64,000 nucleotides of DNA from Rickettsiales bacterium (GCA_965248995.1 CBDFKY010000022.1:15996-79995); one strand, 5' to 3'; numbered from the stretch's first letter, positions 6,556 through 14,786 are shown. Made by a program: numbers and translations. The notes: a model not told the origin generated them from the sequence alone.

Positions 6556-9245
6556 CCATGTTACCTTACCAAACAGATATTGATTCCCAGCAGAAATGGA
6601 CAACCAGAAACGCGGATAATAACGTTGAACCCGTTTATTACACGTTCAGTTCAACCTACAATACTTCAGACTTCAAACAGGATTTATCAGACAATCATAC
6701 GGCCATCTCCGGCAACGGTGATTCCGCCAAATGGATGATGGCGATGAGCGCAGTCATGGATGTATCCAACATAACTTTCGCCGCTGCGTCTTCTCCTACG
6801 ACGGCGCAACTCGGATTACTTAGTGCAACGATTACCGATCCCAAATTTGCCGGTTACGGATGGAGTTATCCTGACCCCGTTCCAACCATTACTTCAGGCC
6901 TTGCGGTTATTGAAGGTACGCAAAACAGCACTCTCTATATTCATGAACTGTTGCATACGCTTGGGATGGATCATCCGGGCCATGGGCTAGGTGATGCTCC
7001 CGCCTTCGCTCAATACACGGCGGATGCGACAATCATGCGGTACACTTCAACTAACGATATGTATGTTCAAAATAAAATACTCACCACCCCCATGGTCTAT
7101 GACATAGCCTTGCTCCAGCAGAAATACGGCGCACATTTCGACGGGGCAGCCGCAAATATCATAAATACCATCCCCATTGGCGGAACGCAGAACATCGCAC
7201 ATACCTTATGGGAAGGTGGAGCCAGCGGGCATGACGTCATCGACGCAAGCAGCGCGATTTCCGCGACGATCGACCTGCGTGATGGATTCAATCCCGACAA
7301 CACGCCGCATTTCTCCAGAGTCGGAGGGGAAGTGTTTGCGCTGGCGCTTGACCCTAAAACCAATTATCAGCATGTCATTACGATTGAGGACGTGATGGGC
7401 GCCGCTTTCGGTGTCAACCATATTTACGGTAATGATGCCGACAACAAACTCACGGGCGGCACGAAAGTCGATACGCTCGAAGGCGGAGCCGGGCATGACA
7501 CCTATATGCTCACGCAGGCCGCTTCCGCCACTTCGCCCGGCGCCAATCAGGCGGATTACGTGATCGACAGCGACGGCGACGGCAGCATCGTCATCAACGG
7601 CGCTCCCCTGGCGGGGCTTGCGCATTATGTCACCAACACATCCGGCGCTACCAGCTGGACGCTCGGCGGCCATACTATCCGGATGGTAGCCGAAAACCAG
7701 ATCGCGATCGACAGCACCAACAAGACGGGTACCATCGCGCTGGTCTCCGACAACAGTTTCGACATGAAATTCCTCGGCATCACGCTCGACGATAAGACCG
7801 ACGGAACGGCAGGCAACGACAGTCTGGGCGGCGGTAAATACGCTGATCTCATTTCCGGTTTCGCCGGGAACGACACGCTGATCGGCAACGGCGGCGACGA
7901 TACGCTGAGCGGCGGGACGGGAGCGGATTCGCTGGTCGGCGGCGCGGGGAACGATGCATATCATTACGCGAAACTCGACGGCGCGGACACGATTTCCGAC
8001 AACGGCTACAACGCCGACGACGATACGCTGACCATCAGCGGTTATGCGTCCGGCGCCGCCAGCTACACGCGGATCGGCAACACCACCGATTTCACCGTTT
8101 CCTTCAGCGGTGGCGGCGGTGATTCCGTGTTGATAAAGCAAGGGTTGCAGGGCGGCAGCAACGCGATTGAACATATCGTCTTCACCAGCGGCGGCGGGGA
8201 GGAGATCGACCAGATCCGCACCGACGTGCTGGCAAAACAGGCGACCGCGGGAAATGACACCATCAACGGGTTTTACGGCGCGGCGAATACCATCGGCGGC
8301 GGTGCGGGCAATGATTCACTAAGCGGCAATTCGCTCACCGATCAACTGCACGGCGACGCAGGCAACGATACCCTGCTCGGCGGCTACGGCAACGACACGC
8401 TGAGCGGCGGCACCGGCGCGGATTTCCTGCAGGGCGGCGGGGGCGACGATCTTTTCCTCTTCGCTAAAGGAGACGGTACGGATACGATCCAGGATTACGG
8501 CAACAGCACCGATCTCGGCGACACGCTTTCCATCACGGGGTATGCGTCCACCGCGGCGCTGTATAGCCGCATCGGCAACAGCGACGATTTTACCGTCTCT
8601 TTTACGGGCGGCACGGATTCCATCACGGTGAAACGCGGACTGGAGGCGGGAGGCAATACGCTGGAGCATATCACCTTCGCAGGCGGCGGCGACAAAACCG
8701 TGGCGCAGCTGCGCACCGAGCTGCTGTTAAAACAAACGACCTCGGGAAACGACGTCATCGTTGGTTTTACGGGCGCGGCCAACGTGATCAGCGGGGCGGC
8801 GGGTAACGATTCCATTACCGGCAGCACGGTCGCGGACGTGCTGCACGGCGACGGCGGCAGGGATACGCTGGTCGGCGGCTATGGTAACGACAGCCTGACC
8901 GGTGGTACCGGAGTGGATATCCTGACCGGCGGCTACAATGCCGACAGCTTCATTTTCATGAAAGGCGATACGGGCGCGGGCGCGAGCGCCGACCATGTCA
9001 CCGACTTCAGCCGCGTACAGAACGACAGGATCGCGCTGCTGGGATACGGGCTCAGCGCCGCGCATTTCGTCGCGGATGCGAGTTTTCACGCGGGCAGTAC
9101 CGCGGAATTCGGCTATACCAAGGTGGCGAGCGGAAACTATACGCTCATCCGCATCGATTCCGATCATAACGGCACGTCCGATCAGGAAATCCGTCTGGAC
9201 GGGATTCAGCTTGACATGCATGTCGGGGATTTCGTCTTCGCTTGA
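6552..9245 (+). CDS. Serralysin-type metzincin metalloprotease with RTX calcium-binding repeats (probable T1SS substrate)
   Basis: HELLHTLGMDHPGH matches HExxHxxGxxH, and there is a Met-turn candidate ADATIMRY. Many GGxGxD nonapeptides are present (GNDTLIGNGGDDTLSGGTGADSLVGGAGND...). The C-terminus is acidic and hydrophobic (...LDMHVGDFVFA), as in T1SS substrates. Confidence 0.85.
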   Translation: MTMLPYQTDIDSQQKWTTRNADNNVEPVYYTFSSTYNTSDFKQDLSDNHTAISGNGDSAKWMMAMSAVMDVSNITFAAASSPTTAQLGLLSATITDPKFAGYGWSYPDPVPTITSGLAVIEGTQNSTLYIHELLHTLGMDHPGHGLGDAPAFAQYTADATIMRYTSTNDMYVQNKILTTPMVYDIALLQQKYGAHFDGAAANIINTIPIGGTQNIAHTLWEGGASGHDVIDASSAISATIDLRDGFNPDNTPHFSRVGGEVFALALDPKTNYQHVITIEDVMGAAFGVNHIYGNDADNKLTGGTKVDTLEGGAGHDTYMLTQAASATSPGANQADYVIDSDGDGSIVINGAPLAGLAHYVTNTSGATSWTLGGHTIRMVAENQIAIDSTNKTGTIALVSDNSFDMKFLGITLDDKTDGTAGNDSLGGGKYADLISGFAGNDTLIGNGGDDTLSGGTGADSLVGGAGNDAYHYAKLDGADTISDNGYNADDDTLTISGYASGAASYTRIGNTTDFTVSFSGGGGDSVLIKQGLQGGSNAIEHIVFTSGGGEEIDQIRTDVLAKQATAGNDTINGFYGAANTIGGGAGNDSLSGNSLTDQLHGDAGNDTLLGGYGNDTLSGGTGADFLQGGGGDDLFLFAKGDGTDTIQDYGNSTDLGDTLSITGYASTAALYSRIGNSDDFTVSFTGGTDSITVKRGLEAGGNTLEHITFAGGGDKTVAQLRTELLLKQTTSGNDVIVGFTGAANVISGAAGNDSITGSTVADVLHGDGGRDTLVGGYGNDSLTGGTGVDILTGGYNADSFIFMKGDTGAGASADHVTDFSRVQNDRIALLGYGLSAAHFVADASFHAGSTAEFGYTKVASGNYTLIRIDSDHNGTSDQEIRLDGIQLDMHVGDFVFA
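8028..8975 (+). repeat. Intragenic tandem duplication of an RTX module (period about 490 bp, two copies) inside the metalloprotease gene
   Basis: The protein blocks DDTLTISGYASGAASYTRIGNTTDFTVSFSGG...LFLFAKGDGTDTI and DTLSITGYASTAALYSRIGNSDDFTVSFTGG...SFIFMKGDTG align colinearly at roughly 60% aa identity by eye. Confidence 0.6.
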
Positions 9246-9254
9246 AACGGATAT

Positions 9255-9470
9255 TTATTCGATCAATAAACCTTTCAAAACTTCAAGTTCATATGATTTT
9301 TTAGCAAAAGAAAGTATTTCTTCATTAATGACTTCATTATGATACTCTTTCATCCATTCAAGTTTCTCAATTATTTTTTTCTGAAGAATTTTTAGAAAAT
9401 CTTTTTTTGATAATATTTTTATGGTTTTGCAAAAAATTGATCCATTCTGAATAACCGTGATCCATTTCAC
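9255..9470 (-). CDS. Small AT-rich ORF; possibly the displaced C-terminal part of the upstream cyclase-like gene
   Basis: 71-aa ORF with helical-looking sequence (KDFLKILQKKIIEKLEWMKEYHNEVINEEILSFAKKSYELEVLKGLL). It is separated from the cyclase-like ORF only by repeat element copy 2. No RBS was checked. Confidence 0.3.
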   Translation of the reverse strand: MKWITVIQNGSIFCKTIKILSKKDFLKILQKKIIEKLEWMKEYHNEVINEEILSFAKKSYELEVLKGLLIE

Positions 9471-9487
9471 CTAAACTAGCTCTAAGA

Positions 9488-9604
9488 TATAGTCATTCCG
9501 ATTAAAAACCGTACGGTTTTAATCGGATAAAATGACTATAACCATATAATTTATAGTGTTTTTAACCGAAAATTTTCGTACGAAAATTATTCGGAAACAC
9601 TATA
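9488..9604. repeat. 117-bp double-hairpin MITE-like element, copy 2
   Basis: Same length and architecture as 5606-5722. It contains the near-perfect palindrome ccgattaaaaaccgtacggttttaatcgg. Its last 18 nt supply the final codons and the TAA stop of ORF 9587-10183. Confidence 0.8.
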
Positions 9605-10183
9605 ATCAATAAACCACACCCCCTTTTTATCTTTTTTTGTAATTTTACTTAAAAGTTCTTTTTCATCTTCCCAAAGATTATTTTCATTCCACAAACGCTT
9701 ATCTTTTCGATATTTTTTGAGTGCTTTCTTACTAATAATGATGCGAGGGTGAATAGCAGAGGTATTTTCAAATATATAAGCTTCAACGAGTGCAGGACCG
9801 AAAATGGGCCCATTCAAATTTCGGCCAACATGCATTTCACCTATTGTTAGAGCGCCTCGAATTAAAATATTTTGCTTTATACATGCTATTTGCAAGTTCA
9901 ATAAAATTAATAGTTCCCATCCAAAAGCTCCTGTAAAACATTCTGTTCCAATGGTTCGAAATCTAACAATAGCGTCTGAGATTATTTCAGATCCCGCAGC
10001 AGTGTAAAGCCTTCGTTCACTAAAACTAGTTTTCGAATCCTTCAGCGTAGGCTTAGAAAAACCTCGAAATCTTTTTAAAATTTCCGCAATTTTTTTAGCT
10101 GATGATGAATCTAATAAATCTTTAAATCCTAAAATATCTATAAACGTGACGATGCATTCTTCATAAGTTGAATCATATTTCAA
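9587..10183 (-). CDS. Class III nucleotidyl cyclase-like (palm-domain) protein, probably truncated by element insertion
   Basis: Motif order matches adenylyl/guanylyl cyclase catalytic domains. IVTFIDILGFKDLL compares with vlFaDivGFT (first metal Asp). SEIISDAIVRF carries the second Asp. IRGALTIGEMHVG compares with lRiGihtGpvvaG. PIFGPALVEAYIFEN compares with dvwGdtVNlAsRlEs. The gene is very AT-rich. It starts at a TTG 12 nt after the purU stop, and its C-terminal codons YSVSE-stop come from the repeat element. Confidence 0.6.
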   Translation of the reverse strand: MKYDSTYEECIVTFIDILGFKDLLDSSSAKKIAEILKRFRGFSKPTLKDSKTSFSERRLYTAAGSEIISDAIVRFRTIGTECFTGAFGWELLILLNLQIACIKQNILIRGALTIGEMHVGRNLNGPIFGPALVEAYIFENTSAIHPRIIISKKALKKYRKDKRLWNENNLWEDEKELLSKITKKDKKGVWFIDYSVSE

Positions 10184-10195
10184 AGTGAGGGCCCG

Positions 10196-11062
10196 TTACT
10201 TGAACACCACCGTCTTATTCCCGTTGAGCAGGACACGATGCTCGGTATGGTAGCGCACGGCGCGGTAGAGCACCATGCTCTCGATCTCCTGTCCGACGCT
10301 GACGAAATCTTCCGGCCTGTAGGTATGGTCGACGCGGGCGACCTCCTGCTCGATGATGGGGCCTTCATCCAGGTCTTCCGTCACGTAATGCGCGGTGGCG
10401 CCGATCAGTTTCACCCCTCGCGTATGCGCCTGATGGTACGGTTTCGCCCCTTTGAAACTCGGCAGGAACGAGTGATGGATATTGATGGCCCTTCCCTCGA
10501 ACGCCGTGCACAGATCCGCGGAGAGTACCTGCATGTAGCGGGCCAGCACGATGACGTCGACCGCGTGGCTCTCTACCAGTTCCAGCAGCCGCTCTTCCTG
10601 CGCCTCCTTTCCCCGTTTGTCGATCGGCAGGTGGTAATACGGAATGTCATACCACGCCACCAGCCGCTGCAGGTCCGGGTGGTTGGAGACGACCAGCGGA
10701 ATCTCCACGTTCAGCGTGCCGCTCTGATACCGGTGCAGCAGCGTGTTCAGGCAGTGGCTGGCTTTGGAGACCATGATCATCACCCGCGGCTTACGCAGGC
10801 CGTCATGCAGGTGGTAGCGCATTTTGAAAGGTGTGCCGACCTCGTCGGCGAACAGTTTCCGCAGAGACGCGTCGTGCGGCGTCTGTTCGGTCGCTGCGAA
10901 ATGAATGCGCTGAAAAAAAGTGGAGGTGGCCGGATCGCCGTACTGGGTGGATTCCAAAATGAATCCCTGCTGGCCAGAAATAAATCCCGAGACGGCGGCG
11001 ACGATTCCCCGCACGTCGGGGCAGGCGATGGTCAGGACATATTCACGGCGGGCTTGGGTCAT
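10196..11062 (-). CDS. purU: Formyltetrahydrofolate deformylase
   Basis: N-terminal ACT-like region followed by a formyltransferase core (INIHHSFLPSFKGAKPYHQAHTRGVKLIGATAHYVTEDLDEGPIIEQ). Length 288 aa is typical. Confidence 0.93.
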   Translation of the reverse strand: MTQARREYVLTIACPDVRGIVAAVSGFISGQQGFILESTQYGDPATSTFFQRIHFAATEQTPHDASLRKLFADEVGTPFKMRYHLHDGLRKPRVMIMVSKASHCLNTLLHRYQSGTLNVEIPLVVSNHPDLQRLVAWYDIPYYHLPIDKRGKEAQEERLLELVESHAVDVIVLARYMQVLSADLCTAFEGRAINIHHSFLPSFKGAKPYHQAHTRGVKLIGATAHYVTEDLDEGPIIEQEVARVDHTYRPEDFVSVGQEIESMVLYRAVRYHTEHRVLLNGNKTVVFK

Positions 11063-11333
11063 GGGATGGTTGTAGAGCGTTGTCGATTATTTGCAAGCGC
11101 GGCGATATTTTCGGGGATATTTATCGCAACATCGTTAACCATAGCCGCGCTTGTAAGCAGGAGTGCCTCTGGTGGAATGGCAGGTAGCCCCGGCGTCAAG
11201 GGATGCCGGAAGCCATCGTCGCCAATCCGGAAGTGCGGCGGGTCTATCCGGGTAACCGGTTCGCGCTCTGATCTGAAACAAATCGTTGCCTGCGCAGCCG
11301 CCTTGGAGTAGGCTCCGCTCCATAACGTCCAGT

Positions 11334-12488
11334 ATGGAATGTATGAACACGCACGCATGGCTAAGCGGCGACCCTACGATCGATTTCGCGGTACGCTCCA
11401 CCAACAATCCTTCTTTCCATTTCGGATCCGCCGCCGGCCGCTTCCTGGTCCTGTGCTTTTACGGATCGATGGCGATTGAAAAAAACGCACGCGCCATCGC
11501 TTTTTTTACGGGCGAGATGCGGGCGCATTTCGACGATAAACATCTTTCGTTCTTCGGCGTCAGCATCGACCGGGGCGACGAGGTGGAAGGGCGGGTGAGA
11601 GAAATGGTTCCCGGTTTTCGCTATTTCTGGGATTTTGAGCAGGAAGTAAGCACGTTGTACGGCGCGATCGACGCGGACAAAACCAAGACGGAAGGGATCA
11701 CCCGCTACAGCCCGTTTACCCTGGTCCTCGACCCGGGCCTGCGGGTCATCGCCGCCATTCCGCTTAAAGATGCCGAGCAGCATAATCAAGCGGTGCGCGC
11801 CTGCATTGAGGGTCTGCCGAAGGTGGACGAGCATGCGGGCGTGCCGATCACCGCGCCGGTGCTGATCATTCCCCGTGTGCTGGAGCCGGAGTTCTGCGCC
11901 ACGCTGATTTCTCTCTATGAGGAGCACGGGGGAAAGGAATCCGGCAGCATGAAGCAGAAGGACGGCTATACGGTCGGCAGGATCGACCATCATTTCAAGC
12001 GCCGCTCGGATTACACCGTCACGGACGAAACCATCCGCCTGGCTCTGTGTGCCCGGATCGAACGCCGCATCGTCCTGGAAATCTTCAAGGCGTTTCAGTT
12101 CAAGGCCACGCATATCGAACGCTATATCGTCGCCTGCTATGACGGGGAGCATAAGGGATTTTTCATGCCTCACCGGGATAATACCACGAAAGCCACCGCC
12201 CACCGCCGCTTCGCCTGCACCATCAACCTGAATGCGGAAGCGTATGAGGGCGGCGACCTGCGCTTTCCCGAATTCGGGCGCGCTACCTACCGCGCGCCGA
12301 CCGGCGGGGCGGCGGTGTTTTCCTGCTCCCTCCTGCATGAGGCGACCCCGGTGACTCGGGGAAAGCGCTATGCCACCCTGCCGTTTCTCTATGATGCGGA
12401 AGGGGCGAAACTGCGGCGGGAAAACGAGCGGTTTTTGAAAAGCGGGATGATCGATATGAATGCGCCAAACGGGAATGCGGCGTCGTAG
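11334..12488 (+). CDS. Fusion protein: thioredoxin-fold (AhpC/TSA-like) N-domain plus 2OG-Fe(II) oxygenase C-domain
   Basis: The C-terminal half has HxD...H oxygenase hallmarks (FFMPHRDNTT...GGDLRFPE...SCSLLHEATPVTRGKRYATLPFLY). The N-terminal half resembles redoxins (GRFLVLCFYGS...FFGVSID) but has no clear CxxC. ATG at 11334 is preferred to the TTG at 11286. Confidence 0.7.
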   Translation: MECMNTHAWLSGDPTIDFAVRSTNNPSFHFGSAAGRFLVLCFYGSMAIEKNARAIAFFTGEMRAHFDDKHLSFFGVSIDRGDEVEGRVREMVPGFRYFWDFEQEVSTLYGAIDADKTKTEGITRYSPFTLVLDPGLRVIAAIPLKDAEQHNQAVRACIEGLPKVDEHAGVPITAPVLIIPRVLEPEFCATLISLYEEHGGKESGSMKQKDGYTVGRIDHHFKRRSDYTVTDETIRLALCARIERRIVLEIFKAFQFKATHIERYIVACYDGEHKGFFMPHRDNTTKATAHRRFACTINLNAEAYEGGDLRFPEFGRATYRAPTGGAAVFSCSLLHEATPVTRGKRYATLPFLYDAEGAKLRRENERFLKSGMIDMNAPNGNAAS

Positions 12489-12572
12489 AAAGTGAAGGGA
12501 CATCTATCGTCAGCGGGAATAGGATACTTCCATGATCCCCGGTGGATGCGCGGGCCGGCAGAATGGCCCGTT

Positions 12573-13703
12573 CTAAGACAGCCGCCGTTCAAAATCCTCA
12601 TACCCGAACGATCGCAGCACGCGGTACGTGCCGTCTTTTTCCAATACTCCGATGTCCGGCAGTGGAACCCCATTGAAGGTGGTGTTCTTGACGAAACTGT
12701 ACTGCATCATATCGGTGAAAACCACGGTATCACCCGAACGCAGCGGCTCCGCGAAACGGTACGTACCGATGATGTCTCCCGTCAGGCAGGTGTTTCCCGC
12801 CAGCAGGTATTCATGGCCGTGCGTGGCATCGTCACCGATCACGTGCGGGCGGTAGGGGACTTCCAGCACGTCCGGCATGTGGCAGGTGGCGGACGCGTCG
12901 AGGATGGCGATTCGCGTCCCGTCCCGCTCCATCACATCGACGACTCTCGCCGCCAGATATCCCGCGTCATACACATGCGCGGCGCCCGATTCCAGGATGA
13001 CGCGCACGCCGAAACGGGACTGCAGGCGATTGACGGCGGCGATCAGCGCGTCCACGTCATAGTCGGGATGCGTGAAATAATGCCCGCCGCCCAGATTGAC
13101 GCGGTCGACCGCTTCCAGGACATGCGGGCATAATTGCATGACATGGTCGACCAGCGCCACCGAGTCCTCCGCCTGGCTCTCGCAGAGATTATGAATATGC
13201 AGCAGGTTCATGTCCCCCAGCACGTCCTGCGTCAGGGCATCCAGTTCCACGCCGAAGCGGGAGCAGGGGGAGGAAGGATCGTAAATGGCGTTGTTTTTCA
13301 CCAGTGACAAACGCGGATTCAAACGCAGGCCCTTCACCGCGAAACGCTCGCCATAGCTTCGCAGCTGCGCGACCGAGTTAAAGGAAATATGGCTGCAGAT
13401 GGGGCTCAGGCCCTCGATGTCCGCGGCGGTGAACGCCGGTGAATAGGCGTGTACTTCCCCGCCGAAATGCCGGGCACCGAGCATCGCTTCATACAGCCCG
13501 CTCGCCGTGGTGCCGTCCAGGACGTTGCGAAAACTGTCGAACAGTCCGAACGCCGCGAACGCCTTGGTGGCCAGCAGCATCGTGCATCCCGTTTCACGTT
13601 TGATGCGCTCAGCGATGGACAGGTTCGCTTCAATGCGGGCGCGGTCCGCGACATAGGCGGGGGTGCGGATGGTTTTGGGGATGGTCAGCATGATCGTTAC
13701 CAT
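12573..13703 (-). CDS. nspC: Carboxynorspermidine/carboxyspermidine decarboxylase
   Basis: TPAYVADRARIEANL, LLATKAF, NLGGGHYFT, LESGAAHV, AGNTCLTGDIIGTYRF and MQYSFVKNTTFNGVPLP match the NspC family pattern. The start is ambiguous (13703 or 13691). Confidence 0.85.
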   Translation of the reverse strand: MVTIMLTIPKTIRTPAYVADRARIEANLSIAERIKRETGCTMLLATKAFAAFGLFDSFRNVLDGTTASGLYEAMLGARHFGGEVHAYSPAFTAADIEGLSPICSHISFNSVAQLRSYGERFAVKGLRLNPRLSLVKNNAIYDPSSPCSRFGVELDALTQDVLGDMNLLHIHNLCESQAEDSVALVDHVMQLCPHVLEAVDRVNLGGGHYFTHPDYDVDALIAAVNRLQSRFGVRVILESGAAHVYDAGYLAARVVDVMERDGTRIAILDASATCHMPDVLEVPYRPHVIGDDATHGHEYLLAGNTCLTGDIIGTYRFAEPLRSGDTVVFTDMMQYSFVKNTTFNGVPLPDIGVLEKDGTYRVLRSFGYEDFERRLS

Positions 13704-13821
13704 GCCAGAATCAAGCCGTAGTGACAACCCCGTACATGGCCAAAAAAAAGCTATCACTACCCGAAGGTGGTGATAGCTCTTAAGAAGAGATCAGATAAGC
13801 GATTGATGGACAGCCTTAGTG

Positions 13822-14298
13822 CTAAGGTTCGTCAATGATGACGAGGACTCCATCTACAACATCCGCGTTCAGGGCTTCAGACAGTAAGCTCAGGAACCAC
13901 TCACGCGGTTCCAAAAGCTCTACCAGATCCGCGTCCGTTGCAGGGCGACGGGTCAGAATTTCTCCAACCGATTGACCCTCTTCATCGCGGACCTTGATGG
14001 AGCCTAGAACGTGGCGACGTTCCGTAGAAAGATGCTCGACGGGGGTTTCCAACACTAACACTCCCACATCGCTACTAATAGCATAAGAGGGTGCCGCTTG
14101 AAGATCGTCGAGTGGCTGAGCTATGGTCAATCTGGCAACCTCAAGACCAATTAGCTCCAACATAATGGGATAAATGGTGATAAGGTTACCATTTTGAAGA
14201 AGCAATTTCGCATCCCCGATTTCCACGTCATCATCTTCTATCGTAATCGTAACAGGATTAGGCAACAGTTGTTGCTCTTGAGCATCTGGTGTAGACAT
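13822..14298 (-). CDS. Strongly acidic hypothetical protein (158 aa)
   Basis: ORF in a lower-GC segment abutting the IS element. It has about 30 Asp/Glu against about 9 Lys/Arg. No recognisable motif. Confidence 0.5.
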   Translation of the reverse strand: MSTPDAQEQQLLPNPVTITIEDDDVEIGDAKLLLQNGNLITIYPIMLELIGLEVARLTIAQPLDDLQAAPSYAISSDVGVLVLETPVEHLSTERRHVLGSIKVRDEEGQSVGEILTRRPATDADLVELLEPREWFLSLLSEALNADVVDGVLVIIDEP

Positions 14299-14410
14299 AA
14301 GCGAAGTACACAGTAATGGAACATTCTAAAAACGAAGTTTTAGACTTCCAAAATCTCTCAACTAAAATTTATAGTTAATTCAAAATTTACACGGATGATT
14401 GTATTATGTT

Positions 14411-14731
14411 ATGATGAGTCATAGCATGGATTTACGGCGTCGCGTTGTTGCGTATGTCAGGGGCGGTGGAAGTAAGGCGGAAGCTGCCCGTCGGTTTGGG
14501 GTACACCATGGGTGTGTGTTTGATTGGATCACGCGTGATCGGTTGGAAGCGAAGAAACCGGGTCCGCGCAAGGCGCATAAACTGGACATAGAAGCACTGC
14601 AACAGGCGGTGGAATGTCAACCTGAGGTAATGGGTAAGGAACTGGCGGTACACTTTGGGGTAAGGCCGAGTACGATCTGCTATGCGCTGAAGCGGTTGAA
14701 CATCAGTCGTAAAAAAAACCTGGACGTATAA
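14411..14731 (+). CDS. IS630-family transposase, N-terminal HTH part (orfA)
   Basis: SMDLRRRVVAYVRGGGSKAEAARRFGVHHGCVFDWI is typical of IS630/Tc1 N-terminal HTH regions. The ORF ends just after an A8 run at 14711-14718. Confidence 0.75.
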   Translation: MMSHSMDLRRRVVAYVRGGGSKAEAARRFGVHHGCVFDWITRDRLEAKKPGPRKAHKLDIEALQQAVECQPEVMGKELAVHFGVRPSTICYALKRLNISRKKNLDV

Positions 14732-14786
14732 AGAAAGCGACAACGAGAAACGCAAAGCGTACCTCAAGCGCTGGTGGCGTTACCGG

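Noticed and set aside
7800-8975. Short-period sequence regularity that could be mistaken for a CRISPR or other noncoding array
   Set aside because: The periodicity is the 27-nt RTX nonapeptide unit plus a ~490-bp module duplication inside an open reading frame. There are no invariant direct repeats with unique spacers. The same applies to 54800-55350.
7206-9221. Minus-strand ORFs 7206-8174, 8319-8669, 8495-8827 and 8727-9221 antisense to the metalloprotease/RTX gene
   Set aside because: They are antisense to GGxGxD-encoding repeats, which keep the reverse frames open. The plus-strand product has clear HExxH and RTX motifs.
6552-9245. A complete type I secretion locus for the RTX proteins
   Set aside because: No ABC exporter, membrane fusion protein or TolC-like gene occurs in the window, so secretion is inferred only from the substrate features.
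10238-12503. ORFs 10238-11311 (+, 357 aa) and 11361-12503 (-, 380 aa)
   Set aside because: They are antisense to purU and to the redoxin/2OG-oxygenase gene respectively. Their composition is Arg/His/Gly-rich, they carry no motifs, and the sense-strand genes are confidently identified.
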